Positions 9,488 to 19,507 of a stretch of DNA of 64,000 nucleotides are shown one piece after another (position 1 is the stretch's first letter; every line of letters begins with the position of its first letter). Source of the DNA: Nitrosopumilaceae archaeon (GTDB lineage Archaea; Thermoproteota; Nitrososphaeria; Nitrososphaerales; Nitrosopumilaceae); contig CBDBCR010000001.1 in assembly GCA_965203465.1 (NCBI GenBank), positions 320,001 through 384,000 on the forward strand, given 5' to 3'. The notes beneath the pieces are model-generated. The model made no database searches. It was not told where the DNA came from and saw only the letters and a list, made by a program, of their open reading frames with translations. Both the position numbers and the translations under genes were made by a program.

Positions 9488-10637
9488 TAGTATCTTAGAT
9501 TGACTTTGGATAATTTTTGGCACGAACGATCAGGCCGTAAGATAGTCGTGCATCTTTATGATCTTGATGCCGCCGGATCTCAGAGCTTTCAACACCTCTC
9601 TCTTTATCTGCTCGATGTCGTCGAAAAACTGGTTGGCGATGTAGCGCTTGACTTCCCTCCACTGGGACTCGATCGGCGCAAGCTCCGGCGTGTACTTTGG
9701 CAGGAACCTCGCCACGATGCCGCCGTCGGTTCTCTCGTACAGCCTCCGGAACACGGCTTCGCTGTGGTACGAGGCGTTGTCCGTGTAGATCAGCAGCTTG
9801 CCCAGCTTTTTGTAGGCCCTCATGAGGAACGCCTCTACGTTCTTGGCGTTGCCCGTATCGCAGAACTCGAAATAGCTCTGGCCTCCGGCCGCCACGACTC
9901 CGAGCAGGGTGGCCCGGCCTTTCCGCCTGCCCGTGACGTCGACCCTGACCTGTTCGGCGCGCTTGCCTTTCCTCCTTTTCTTGCGGTACCATCCTTTCCG
10001 GACCACGCTCTGCATGGATACGTGCATTTCGTCAAAAGAAACGGCCAGATGCCCGCGCCCAGCGTAGATTGCTACGGTTCTGTGAGCTTTTTTTTTGAAA
10101 TCCTTGATTTCTGCCGGAGACGCCCCGCGTGCGTCGCGGGGGCGGGGCTTGATGTACACGAAGCCCAGCCGGTTCACCAGATCCCAGACGGAGTGGACAT
10201 GGTACTCTACGCCGAACTTTTTCTTGATGTGCGTCCTGATCAGCGGTATCGTCCAAGCACCCGCTCCGAGTCCGATCGCTGCGGGACCCGCTTCCAGATC
10301 CCGCTCGAGCGCCTTGAGCTGGCGCTTGGTGAGCTTGCACGCTGCCCCTTTGTTCTTTATGTCGTATCTCTTGTTCAGACCGTTCTTTTCGATGTTCCTT
10401 ATCCAGTTGGTCACCGTGGTGCGCGGAATGTCCAGGGCCTTGGATATTTCCACGATGGTCTTTCCCTGCTTCCTTTGTATGCATACCAGCAGCCTGCGTT
10501 CTGCTTTTGGATCTTTTTCCTTCCGATGCATGTCGCACAGGCGGGCCATGGTCACTTTGGGAAGAAACCTCCTCGCCATGGGGCCCCCCCGACGTGCCGC
10601 TATTTAGATCTTTGCCCAAAGTCAATCGAAGATACTA
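9488..10637 (-). mobile_element. IS630-family insertion sequence
   Basis: 22-bp terminal inverted repeats TAGTATCTT(A/C)GATTGACTTTGG with 1 mismatch; TA target duplication at 9486-9487 and 10638-10639. Confidence 0.92.
9530..10579 (-). CDS. IS630 transposase
   Basis: N-terminal HTH, WTIPLI winged-HTH, KPRP, DDE triad SFDEMH / TDNASYH / PELAPIESQW; in frame across the A9 run. Confidence 0.93.
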   Translation of the reverse strand: MARRFLPKVTMARLCDMHRKEKDPKAERRLLVCIQRKQGKTIVEISKALDIPRTTVTNWIRNIEKNGLNKRYDIKNKGAACKLTKRQLKALERDLEAGPAAIGLGAGAWTIPLIRTHIKKKFGVEYHVHSVWDLVNRLGFVYIKPRPRDARGASPAEIKDFKKKAHRTVAIYAGRGHLAVSFDEMHVSMQSVVRKGWYRKKRRKGKRAEQVRVDVTGRRKGRATLLGVVAAGGQSYFEFCDTGNAKNVEAFLMRAYKKLGKLLIYTDNASYHSEAVFRRLYERTDGGIVARFLPKYTPELAPIESQWREVKRYIANQFFDDIEQIKREVLKALRSGGIKIIKMHDYLTA

Positions 10638-11632
10638 TATTCTCCCATTCGAATAGAGGAAGGAACTCTGTCACGTGTTCCCGGAGAGTGTAAAAGATCG
10701 TCTGATCTTTGCTCCGAACAGATCCTGTAGATGGCAGAAACTCCCTCTCGGGTCAGGTCGGAACTGGTAAAAACCCAACTCATACGTGTAGGGTCTAGCC
10801 AGTGTGTCCCCACACACAACGCGAGCCTAGAGCCGCATGTCGCAACCATGTCTACCAACGCCCTTTCTCCAACGTGCCCTTCTTGGTTGCCGCCAACATC
10901 GTTTTTGGACTCTGAAACGTCGTATCCTGGCCCATTAGCGGCTAGCGTTGCATAGTCGGGTTTAAAAGAATACTTGACCGATGTAGCGGTTAGGCATGGA
11001 TTTGGTCTAACAACCCGCTTGGATTCTTCTAGCTTTTTGTGTACTAAGGCGCGCAAGCTCACGGCGTCAGACACATCGTGCTGTTTTCTTGGATCTCGCT
11101 CAGACAACGGGTTGCCTCCTTGGCTGTTCTTCATTCGGGCCGCGTCCAACGACACCATTTATTTCAGGCCACCGCGCTTTTTGGCGCGGTTGCGGCGTGC
11201 TTGGAACCGGTAGCCGAGGGCTCGCCACGGTATCTCGGATCTCTTCGCGGCACGTGTTGCGCCAGCGCATGGGCGAGTCTGCCGCGATCGGACCGTTGCG
11301 CATCTCCAGCAACTCTGTCGGGCCAAACGGCATGCCATCCCTGTGGACCCCTTCCTCGTATATACTGCAAGATGCAGGCAAAAAGTAGCACTGGTGCGAC
11401 TTCGCGGGGTAGGCGCACCTTGGGCACGACGGCCCGATCGACGCGAATGCGGGGGAACAGGGGTGCGAGACGGCCGTGGCGGGGCGCCGCTTTCCTAAAC
11501 TGAACTGCGGCCCGGTTCTACGACGGCGATCCGGCGCCCGTTTCCAGGCTAGGCACCCCTGCCCCGAGGATCGCAAACGGTGCCCCGTGCCCGTCCCTGG
11601 AATGCTTATAAGCAGACAGTCCGGCCAAGCCC

Positions 11633-12685
11633 GTGCGGTTCCCGAAAAAGACTGACGCCCAGTTCCACAAAATATTCACGAGCATCATCACGGCCGACAA
11701 AAACAACACGTACAAGCTGGCTCTGGCCCTATTCCTGCTAGAGCACAGCAAGTCCAAACCGCGATCCTGCAAGGTCAAATACGAGGAGATCGCCCGGTTT
11801 TTTCTGAGATACTATTGGTCTCACGTGTGCAAGTCAAAGCTCCGCCAGGGGCCGGCAAACCAGGTTCCGCTGGTGGTGAAAATAATACGGGGCGAGTTCA
11901 ACAAGGACGTCTATCCGATGGACTTTTCCGACCTCGAAAAGGCAGAGCCGTGCAAGGTGGAAAAATGTGTAGGCATGATCACGAAAAGGTGCTTCAAGGA
12001 CGTAGTGCCGCGCTTCCACAGGATCGACGGGCGCAACCAGTGCGTCTTTTACAAATACTGGTCCAAAAAATACCGCGACAAATCGTGCAACGAAAGGCCG
12101 ATCCTGCCCAAAGGAATCCTGATCAACCCCGCGGCCGCGAAATTCCTCAGAAAGAACTGCGTTCCCCTGCGCAAAAGCGTCATCCTGGAGTGGGTCAAGT
12201 TCCTCGAGACCAAAAACTTCGGGGCCCCCAACCTATCGAAAAAAGTGGAAGCCAAAGTCCGCGGCCCGCAAGACCAGCGCAAGTTCCTCACGCTGCTCAG
12301 CCCGTTTTCCAAAAAATGCTTCTACTGCCGCAAAAAACTAAAGTTCGACCGCGCTACCCACGTCGATCACGTCATCCCGTACGACTATATGGGCGAGACC
12401 GAGCTGTGGAACGCCGTGCTGGCGTGCCAGAGCTGCAACTGCACAAAACTCGACAGGCTGCCGCCCGAGAGGTTCGTCAAAGCCCTGATAACGCAAAACC
12501 GCAGATGCTACCACAAGATCGGGGACTTGCGCAAGTCCATCGACAGCATGCACGGGGGCCGCCACACAGCCCGCATTTCCAAGAGCGCGGCCGAATCCCT
12601 CAGAAAGAACATCTACTGGCACTACCGTAGCGCCGCCGACTCTGGCTACCCGCCTCTGAGAGCGTTCCCGCCAAGATCGGCGTGA
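11633..12685 (+). CDS. HNH endonuclease (NTYKxAL N-terminal family)
   Basis: NTYKLALALFLLE; CFYC..HVDHVIPY..LWNAVLACQSCN..K. Paralog of 32330-33763. Confidence 0.85.
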   Translation: MRFPKKTDAQFHKIFTSIITADKNNTYKLALALFLLEHSKSKPRSCKVKYEEIARFFLRYYWSHVCKSKLRQGPANQVPLVVKIIRGEFNKDVYPMDFSDLEKAEPCKVEKCVGMITKRCFKDVVPRFHRIDGRNQCVFYKYWSKKYRDKSCNERPILPKGILINPAAAKFLRKNCVPLRKSVILEWVKFLETKNFGAPNLSKKVEAKVRGPQDQRKFLTLLSPFSKKCFYCRKKLKFDRATHVDHVIPYDYMGETELWNAVLACQSCNCTKLDRLPPERFVKALITQNRRCYHKIGDLRKSIDSMHGGRHTARISKSAAESLRKNIYWHYRSAADSGYPPLRAFPPRSA

Positions 12686-12909
12686 CCGCGCCGTTCTTTC
12701 GAGTGTCCGAGCCTCGCGCTTGGCGGCGGATGCGGGCCTTGCCGGGCACGCGCGCAATCTGCGCCTGCGGGAGGCGCCCGCCGGGCAGGCCGGAGATGCA
12801 GGACCGCCCTTGCGCGGCGCACGGCCGGCTCGCGGGGCCGCTCCACATGGTCAAACGCGCGCCACCCGCAGAATCCCCCGTGCGCCTCTTCTGCCCCTGG
12901 ACGGGGCCT

Positions 12910-14151
12910 CTAGCCGAACGGCACTTCCCGGTATTCCAACTTGTCCTCTTCCAGCATATTTTTCAGCTTGTCCGGTATCTGGGGCGAGACCAAGAAGAAC
13001 CTCGCCCCTTCCATGCCCGTGACTTTTTTGTAGTCGTCCCGGTACCCGGATATCTGGCGCTTGTCCCTGAGCGCCGCCGCCGGATACTTTAGCTCCAGCC
13101 CGACCGCCCTGCCCGAACTGTCCCTGCACAAAAAGTCGATGCTGCCGGTGGGTAGCCGGTATTCGGACGACTGCAACAGCAGGCCGTCTTCGATTAGATT
13201 CAAGTTGGCCCTTATGTATTCTTGGTAGTCTTTTTCTTTCTTGATGGCCCCGTCCAGCTGCTTCTGCAGCCGGTCCGGGTTGTCTACATAGCTGTAGAGC
13301 CACTCGTGGTCGACGGACATGTAGAACGCGGCGACTTCCCTGCGTTCTGCGATGCCTTCCGAGACCAGTTTGTTCAGGAATTTGTTGCAGGCGGACGTGG
13401 GGATGCCCTCCGAGACGATGAGATCCTCTTCCGCGTCTGGAGCCAGCCCGCCTTTTAGCAGCTTTATCAGCTTGCACTGCCAGTTCAGCGTCTTGAGCTG
13501 CCTTGAGTCAAACAGGGACGCCAGCATGTTGATCCTTTCTGCCATGTCGTAGGTTCCGGCAAGCTGCACCACCTTGTCCCTGAGGCTTTCGAACTCTTGC
13601 CTCGGCACGCTTTCTCCCAGCATCTTTGCGGCGCGTTCGATGATCTCTTTGTTGGCCTGGTCTATCATCTCGTCGCGCGTCCTATGCAGGCCCTCGGTCG
13701 TTTCGTGCGTAAAACTGTTCATCTTGTTTTCGGTACGCGACTCTAGATCTGAAAAACCCGTGGAGAGGCTCTGCATGCTCTGCTGCATCATCGACATCTC
13801 GCTGGCGTGTGGAAGCTCGGTCTTGAGTTCGGTAAGATCGGAGCAGGTTGTTTTCAGCTGTTCGCCGATTCTCGACACGTCGTACTGGATCTTTGGGTCT
13901 ATGCCCCGGAGGGGGCGGATGGCGTTTTCGAGTTCGGTAAGATCGGAGCAGGTGGTTCTCAGCCGTTCGTCTATCCTCGACACGTCGTACTGGATCTTTG
14001 GGTCTATGCCCCTGAGCGGCTGGAGGTTCTTTTTGATCTCCGAGATGCCCCTGCGCTGCAGGACGTAGAATATGGAGCAGATGACCACCGTCGCAATCAT
14101 TGCCGCAAGCACGGCTGCCCCTTCTGCTTGCAGCGCCATGCCTCCGAGCAT
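12910..14151 (-). CDS. Membrane-anchored coiled-coil protein with C-terminal NucS/EndoMS-like PD-(D/E)xK nuclease domain
   Basis: TM helix AAVLAAMIATVVICSIFYVL; long helical region; EKDYQEYIRANLNLIE..EY..GSIDFLCRD..GLELK..QISGY. Start at 14151 or 14139. Confidence 0.8.
   Translation of the reverse strand: MLGGMALQAEGAAVLAAMIATVVICSIFYVLQRRGISEIKKNLQPLRGIDPKIQYDVSRIDERLRTTCSDLTELENAIRPLRGIDPKIQYDVSRIGEQLKTTCSDLTELKTELPHASEMSMMQQSMQSLSTGFSDLESRTENKMNSFTHETTEGLHRTRDEMIDQANKEIIERAAKMLGESVPRQEFESLRDKVVQLAGTYDMAERINMLASLFDSRQLKTLNWQCKLIKLLKGGLAPDAEEDLIVSEGIPTSACNKFLNKLVSEGIAERREVAAFYMSVDHEWLYSYVDNPDRLQKQLDGAIKKEKDYQEYIRANLNLIEDGLLLQSSEYRLPTGSIDFLCRDSSGRAVGLELKYPAAALRDKRQISGYRDDYKKVTGMEGARFFLVSPQIPDKLKNMLEEDKLEYREVPFG
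13825..14020. repeat. 105-bp (35-aa) intragenic tandem duplication
   Basis: PLRGIDPKIQYDVSRI(D/G)E(R/Q)L(R/K)TTCSDLTEL occurs twice; GAGTTCGGTAAGATCGGAGCAGG at 13825 and 13930. Confidence 0.9.
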
Positions 14152-14320
14152 CCAAGCGCGCCGATCGCGTGAGCCATAAATTGGTATCCATTGGCTGTTC
14201 TGTAGGCACTGTTGCGAGTTCGGGGCTAGTTTCTGACTCGACACGGCCGGCCCGATCGCCCCGGGCCCCTGTTCCTGCCGGTATCCGGAGGCACGAATAA
14301 GGGCTTGCGGAGGGCCAGTC

Positions 14321-14467
14321 ATGGCATGCGACGCCAGAACGGTGCTAGAAATGTACGGAGCCGCACATGGTGGCCGAGGCGGTGAGGGCGGCCGCTTCGA
14401 TCAGAGATACGTGGACAACGTCGGGCGGCTGCTGGCCGAAGCTAGACCTGTTGGCCGGCCCGCGTGA
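14321..14467 (+). pseudogene. Internally deleted paralog of 6727-6927
   Basis: MACDARTVLEMYG..DQRYVDNVGRLLAEA versus MEYDARGVLKMHG..EQRYVDNFRRLLAKA. About 100 bp upstream and about 25 bp downstream are also homologous. Confidence 0.7.
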
Positions 14468-14686
14468 GGCACCGGCTGCCGTTCCGGCAGTCTTTGGCGG
14501 CATGCGTATTTCGTGCCCGAGTCACCCCGCAACGCCGATGTTGAAACGGCGAAAGCCGTGTCACGGCGTCTCGCCGCCGCCAAGGTTGTAGTACAGCAGC
14601 TCGGCCTTGTCCTTTCCCGCCGCTGCTTTTACTGTGCGCATGCGGCTCACTGCTAGGTTGATAAGGCGGCGCCCGCGAATGGCTCC

Positions 14687-14884
14687 GTGCTGATGACTCC
14701 AACGAACGAAAGCAAAGCGGCCGGGGCCACCGCGGCGTCCGTGCGAGCCGCGATGCCTGCGCACATCCAGCAGATGGGCGCGGAGGCCGGCGAGACGCTA
14801 GTGTGGGATCTCGACAAAGTAAAGGGCCGGCGGATAGCGACCATAACCGAGGCCGGCGGAAACAAGCCGGAGGCGGCGGCATGA
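14687..14884 (+). CDS. AbrB/MazE-like DNA-binding protein
   Basis: SVRAAMPAHIQQMGAEAGETLVWDL resembles the S.R..IP......G...GD.L.W swapped-hairpin motif; ATGA overlap with the next gene. Confidence 0.55.
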   Translation: MLMTPTNESKAAGATAASVRAAMPAHIQQMGAEAGETLVWDLDKVKGRRIATITEAGGNKPEAAA

Positions 14885-15273
14885 GGCGCCACCGGCGGTA
14901 CAGGCGGCGCGGGATAAACGCCAAGGTGCTGATCGTGGTAGTCGTCGCAATCGGCGCGGTGTCGTTCTTGGGCGTGAACGCTCAGTCGCTGACCACGTCG
15001 GAGGAAATATTCAGTTTCGAGAACGCGATCGAAGCCGAGATTGCCGAGAAGGTCAACGACGCGGTGTCAGAACACAATGCCGAGCACAGGAGAAACCAGT
15101 ACTGTTTGGAACGCTTGTACGAGGAATGGGACGGCATCGCCGGCACACAGATACCGGACGGCGAAAAGCGCGAGACGCTCGATCGGATGTTCAAGCCGTT
15201 TGGTTCTTTCGGCTTTTTTGACCCGTGCAGGGAACTAGCCGAAACCAGGATACGCGCGGAATTGCGGGGTTAA
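14881..15273 (+). CDS. Hypothetical protein with N-terminal signal/TM anchor
   Basis: Basic N-terminus MRRHRRYRRR followed by hydrophobic VLIVVVVAIGAVSFLGV. Confidence 0.6.
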   Translation: MRRHRRYRRRGINAKVLIVVVVAIGAVSFLGVNAQSLTTSEEIFSFENAIEAEIAEKVNDAVSEHNAEHRRNQYCLERLYEEWDGIAGTQIPDGEKRETLDRMFKPFGSFGFFDPCRELAETRIRAELRG

Positions 15274-15748
15274 GGCACGAAGAGTCAAAGTTCCACGCCG
15301 CCGGTAAGTCAGCGCAGCCGCACGGTCCGGGCGGCCGGCGCTCCCCCACGTATAGCAATCTGGGCCGCGATGAGCCCGGCTACTTGGGCATAACCTACAG
15401 CATGAGCTAGGACGATGTCCGAGGATAGCATGTAATTTGCGTCTGCTGGCCCGACTCTGGCCTTTTGCCGCGGCCGCCCATGTCCTACCGTGCACGATCT
15501 TGTGCGTGACACGGGGGAGATCGGGCCCCTCAGAGGTCGGCCTGGTCGGGCGGCTCCCGGCAGGCGCACGCGCATCCCCAGCGCGGCCGGCCCCCGCGTC
15601 CACGACCGACCGCCCAGGCCCCCCGCGCCCTTGATATTGGGGTACAGAAAAGCCGCCCCGCGGCCCAGTCACGGCTGTTTCCCGGGCCCGCCGGCGAGGG
15701 CGCCGGCGCCCGGGTATCTACAAATAGGACCGCCGCGGCCCCGAACAC

Positions 15749-15925
15749 GTGCCCCTCATCAAGGTCTCGCTGTACCCCGGCCGCACCGACGAACAGAAGC
15801 AAAAGTACGCCGAAGAGATAACGCGGGCCGCCTCGGACATACTGGGCGCCAAAAAAGAGCACGTCATCGTGATATACGACGAGCGGCCGCGCCCCGACTG
15901 GTACCTGGCGGGCAAACAACTTTGA
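15749..15925 (+). CDS. 4-oxalocrotonate tautomerase family protein (58 aa, missing from the ORF track)
   Basis: GTG start; (M)PLIKVSLYPGRTDEQKQKYAEEITRAASDILGAKKEHVIVIYDE..W, with catalytic Pro1 and GR motif. Confidence 0.9.
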   Translation: MPLIKVSLYPGRTDEQKQKYAEEITRAASDILGAKKEHVIVIYDERPRPDWYLAGKQL

Positions 15926-16707
15926 GCCGCGTCACGCTAGTCCAGATGCGCGCGTCCCCCGACAAGGAGCGCAACCTCCGGCACGTACTGCGCTCCATAA
16001 GGTCGGCCGCGCGGCGCGGCTCTTCGCTGTGCGCCTTTCCGGAGTTCATGATGGCCCCCCTGCCGGGGGGCAGGGCCGAGCTTGCAGGGCTTGCCGAGCC
16101 GCTGGGCGGCCCGTTCGTATCCGAAATATCGCGCGCGGCGCGCGAGCACCGCGTGGAGGTGGTCGGCACGCTCTACGAGTCCGAAAGGGGCGCCGTGTAC
16201 GACACCTCCTTCCTTGTCTCGCGCGCGGGGCGCCTGGTCTCGTCGTACCGCAAGACGCACCTGTACGACGCGCTCGGGTTCCGAGAATCGTCGAGGCTGA
16301 CGGCCGGCTCAAAGCTGCCCGGCACGGCCCCCTCGTCGCTCGGCAGGCTGGGCATGCTGGTCTGCTACGACCTGCGCTTCCCGGAGGTCTCGCGCGGCCT
16401 TGCCGCCTCGGGCGCGCGAGTGCTCGTGGCCCCCTCTGCGTGGGTCCCGGGGCCGATGAAGGCCGAGCACTGGCGCGTGGCCAACAGGGCGCGCGCCGTG
16501 GAGAACGGCTGCTACGTGGTCTCGCCGGACCGCGCCGGCCCCGAGTACTGCGGGCTCAGCTGCGTCATAGACCCGATGGGCGGGACTGTCCTGGAGATGG
16601 GCGCCGGGCCCGGCTCGGCGACGGCCGAGATCTCTGCCGAAAAGGTGCGCCGGGCGCGCCGCTCGCTGCCCCTGCTCAAGGGGCGGCGGACCGACCTGTA
16701 CCGGTGA
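15922..16707 (+). CDS. Carbon-nitrogen hydrolase (nitrilase family)
   Basis: E-K-C triad: FPE, YRKTHLYD, VCYDLRFPE; RARAVENG; ends RRTDLY. Confidence 0.92.
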   Translation: MSRVTLVQMRASPDKERNLRHVLRSIRSAARRGSSLCAFPEFMMAPLPGGRAELAGLAEPLGGPFVSEISRAAREHRVEVVGTLYESERGAVYDTSFLVSRAGRLVSSYRKTHLYDALGFRESSRLTAGSKLPGTAPSSLGRLGMLVCYDLRFPEVSRGLAASGARVLVAPSAWVPGPMKAEHWRVANRARAVENGCYVVSPDRAGPEYCGLSCVIDPMGGTVLEMGAGPGSATAEISAEKVRRARRSLPLLKGRRTDLYR

Positions 16708-16962
16708 GGGGGCAGCGCAGGTTGGAGCACCTGCGCTGCCGGGGCCTCCCCCCGGCCGCAGCGCAGCGCCGCCACGGGCCACCGGCACGAGGCGCACTTT
16801 GCGCGCGGCGCGCAGCGGGCCCCTCCGGGGCAGGCGGGGACGAGGCCGGGCAGCCGCCCCGGTTGGAGCACCCCGCGAAGCGCTTGCCCGTCGAGCGCGA
16901 GCGGACCGCCATCAGCATGCCGCCCCCGCAGGAGGGGCAGGGGACCGGCCCCGCGCCGGGCC
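16663..16962. repeat. About 300-bp direct repeat, left flank of the Type III R-M cassette (partial copy of the Zn-finger gene)
   Basis: Colinear with 22485-22787, e.g. CCGGTGAGGGGGCAGCGCAGGTTGGAGCACCTGCGCTGCC is identical in both. Confidence 0.9.
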
Positions 16963-17025
16963 GTCTGAGACAAGACTGCCGTCCTGCCGATAGCTCTAAA
17001 AAGAGGGCTCGAACGGCGGCCGCAG

Positions 17026-19507
17026 TTGGCAAAAAAAGACTCGGTGGATCAGTACACCCACCCGGACTCCACGCGGACGAACAACCCGCCGGCGGGACTG
17101 GTCACACTGGAGACCGACCCGGACAGGCCCAGCAAGCACTACTCGCACGATCCCCGCCTTGATCCGCACCTCCAATGGTCCGGCAAACGGGAAAACTCCG
17201 AGTTTGAAGTGGATACCGTATCCCTACACGTGCACGAGACAGTTGATCCTGCCACCATTTTGGAAAAAGCAATGCAGCTGAGGCGGGGGGGGGGGTGGAT
17301 CCCAGCAAACGCTGTTTGGGTATTTCGACGAGCGGCTCTCTTTGCGTCATGCAGTAGAGTTCTACAAACACGATCAAAACTGGTCTAACCGACTGGTCGC
17401 CGGAGATTCCTTGCTGGTCATGAATTCGCTGTTGCAGAAAGAAGGCATGGGGGGCAAAGTACAGATGATCTACATAGACCCCCCGTACGGAATAAAGTAC
17501 AGTTCCAACTTTCAACCGTTCGTAAGCAAGCGCAACGTAACGGATGGCAAGGATGCCGATCTTACACAAGAGCCTGAAATGATAAAGGCGTTCAGAGACA
17601 CGTGGGAACTGGGAATACACTCGTACCTGTCATACTTGCGAGACAGGTTGCTGCTGTCCAAACAGCTACTTGCGGAGAGCGGCAGTGTGTTTGTGCAGAT
17701 TTCAAGCAAAAACCTCCACCACGTGTTGGAAATCATGAGCGAAGTGTTCGGTAGCGAGAATTTTGTCAACGTAATAAGCTATAGAACTACATCTGGCGAT
17801 ACTGCTGCGCTATTGCCATCAATGGTGGATTACCTCGTTTGGTTTGCTAAGGACAAAAAACACATCAAATTTCACCAAATTTTTCTCGACAAAGAGGTAG
17901 GCGCGAGTCGTGCATACAATTATGTCGAAGAACCAAACGGCACGATTAGAAAAATACACAAAGAAGAAATTAAAAACCCAAATTTGATCCCAAAAAACTG
18001 TCGAATATTCACTATGGCTGATTTGCATCATGCAGGTTTTCGTGAAACCACTACCTTTGAATTTGAGTTTAAAAGAAAAAAATTCCATCCAGGAAGCAAC
18101 CATCATTGGAAGACAAACAAGAAAGGAATGGACAGGTTGAAGAAAGCAGAGCGCCTTGTTCTAAGCACAAATACTCTACGTTACAAGAAATACTTTGGTG
18201 ACTTTCCGGTAACACATTTGGGCAACATGTGGATCGATACTGGAGGCGCAGCCAACAAAAAATACGTAGTTCAGACATCGCCCAAGATCATACAACGTTG
18301 CATGTTGATGGTTACAGACCCGGGTGACTTGGTGTTTGATCCTACATGCGGAGGCGGCACTACTGCATTTGTAGCAGAGCAGTGGGGAAGAAGGTGGATC
18401 ACATGTGATACGTCAAGAGTCGCTTTGGCATTAACAAAACAGAGATTAATGACTGCCGTCTATAATTATTATAAACTACACAAACCAGACGAAGGTGTCT
18501 CTTCTGGGTTTCTATACAAAACCGTGCAACACAAAACATTGCGGTCGATCGCAAATAATGAACCGCCAGATCTTGTGACGTTGTATGACAAACCAATCAC
18601 CCAAAGCAACAAAATGAGAATCTCTGGCCCGTTCACCATCGAGGCGGTCCCGGCGCCAACAGCAAAGTCGCTTGACGTTCTGTCCGCTGACCCGGAAGAC
18701 GATCCCACGACTGCGCCGGGCGCGTCCTCGCACCAGCAGCAATGGCGCGACGAACTGCTGAAGACCGGGATACGCGGAAAGTCCAACCAGAGAATCGAAT
18801 TCACCAGGGTGGAACCCCATCCTGCCACAAAGTGGCTCCACGCAGACGCAGAGACCAAAGACAAACCGAAGCGCGCGATGGTCTCGTTCGGCCCGGAGCA
18901 CGCCCCCTTGGAGCAGCGCCAGGTAGAGAACGCGATCAAGGAGGCGCAAACCCTGGTCCCCCCGCCCGAGATGCTGATATTCGCAGCGATGCAGTTTGAT
19001 CCCGAGGCCGCAAAGGACATCGACGGGTTGAACTGGCCGGGCGTCACAACGCTCAAAGTCGAGATGAACAAGGATCTTTTAACCTCGGATCTGAAAACCA
19101 AGCGCGCGAGCAACGAGTCGTTCTGGCTGATGGGCCAGCCCGACGTGGAGGTCGGAAAGACCGGCGACAAGCACGTGGTGACAGTCAACGGATTCGACTA
19201 CTACAACACGAAAACCGGAGAGATCGAATCGGGCGATTCTTCAAAGATCTCCATGTGGATGCTCGACGAGGACTACGACGGCAGGAGCGTGTACCCGAAG
19301 CAGATATTCTTCCCCATGGAAGGCGAGGACGGGGGGTGGGTCAAGCTTGCCAAGACGCTACGGGCCCAGATCGACGCGGATCTCATACACAAGTACCACG
19401 GAAAGACGTCGATCCCGTTCGAGGCGGGGCCCAACAAGCAGGCCGCCGTAAAGATCATCGACGACCGGGGGATTGAGTCGCTAAAGGTAATCCACCTCGA
19501 AAAATGA
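17026..19507 (+). CDS. mod: Type III R-M methyltransferase (Mod), frameshifted at a G11 tract
   Basis: IYIDPPY (motif IV), VFDPTCGGGTT (motif I). The N-terminal ORF from 17026 joins the 17342 frame (open back to 17282) if 17285-17295 is G10, giving about 826 aa. Confidence 0.88.
17285..17295 (+). repeat. Poly-G tract (G11) at the mod frameshift
   Basis: aggc GGGGGGGGGGG tggat. Confidence 0.9.

Larger units (their letters stand above)
9059..11158 (-). pseudogene. About 315-aa REase-fold-like gene split by IS630
   Basis: Removing 9488-10639 joins ..RMGE-Y-NLRLETH.. in frame (ORFs 10622-11158 and 9059-9523). Motifs LVDMVA..LALCVG..WVF and PTIVINA. AT-richer than the flanks. Confidence 0.75.

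Noticed and set aside
10088-10096. Programmed frameshift at the A9 run in the IS630 transposase
   Set aside because: The run is at the usual slippery position, but the ORF is already in frame as assembled.
14480-14660. Tyrosine-recombinase remnant (minus strand HGFRRF..LGH)
   Set aside because: Very short, interrupted by stops and with motif spacing that is too tight; not supportable.
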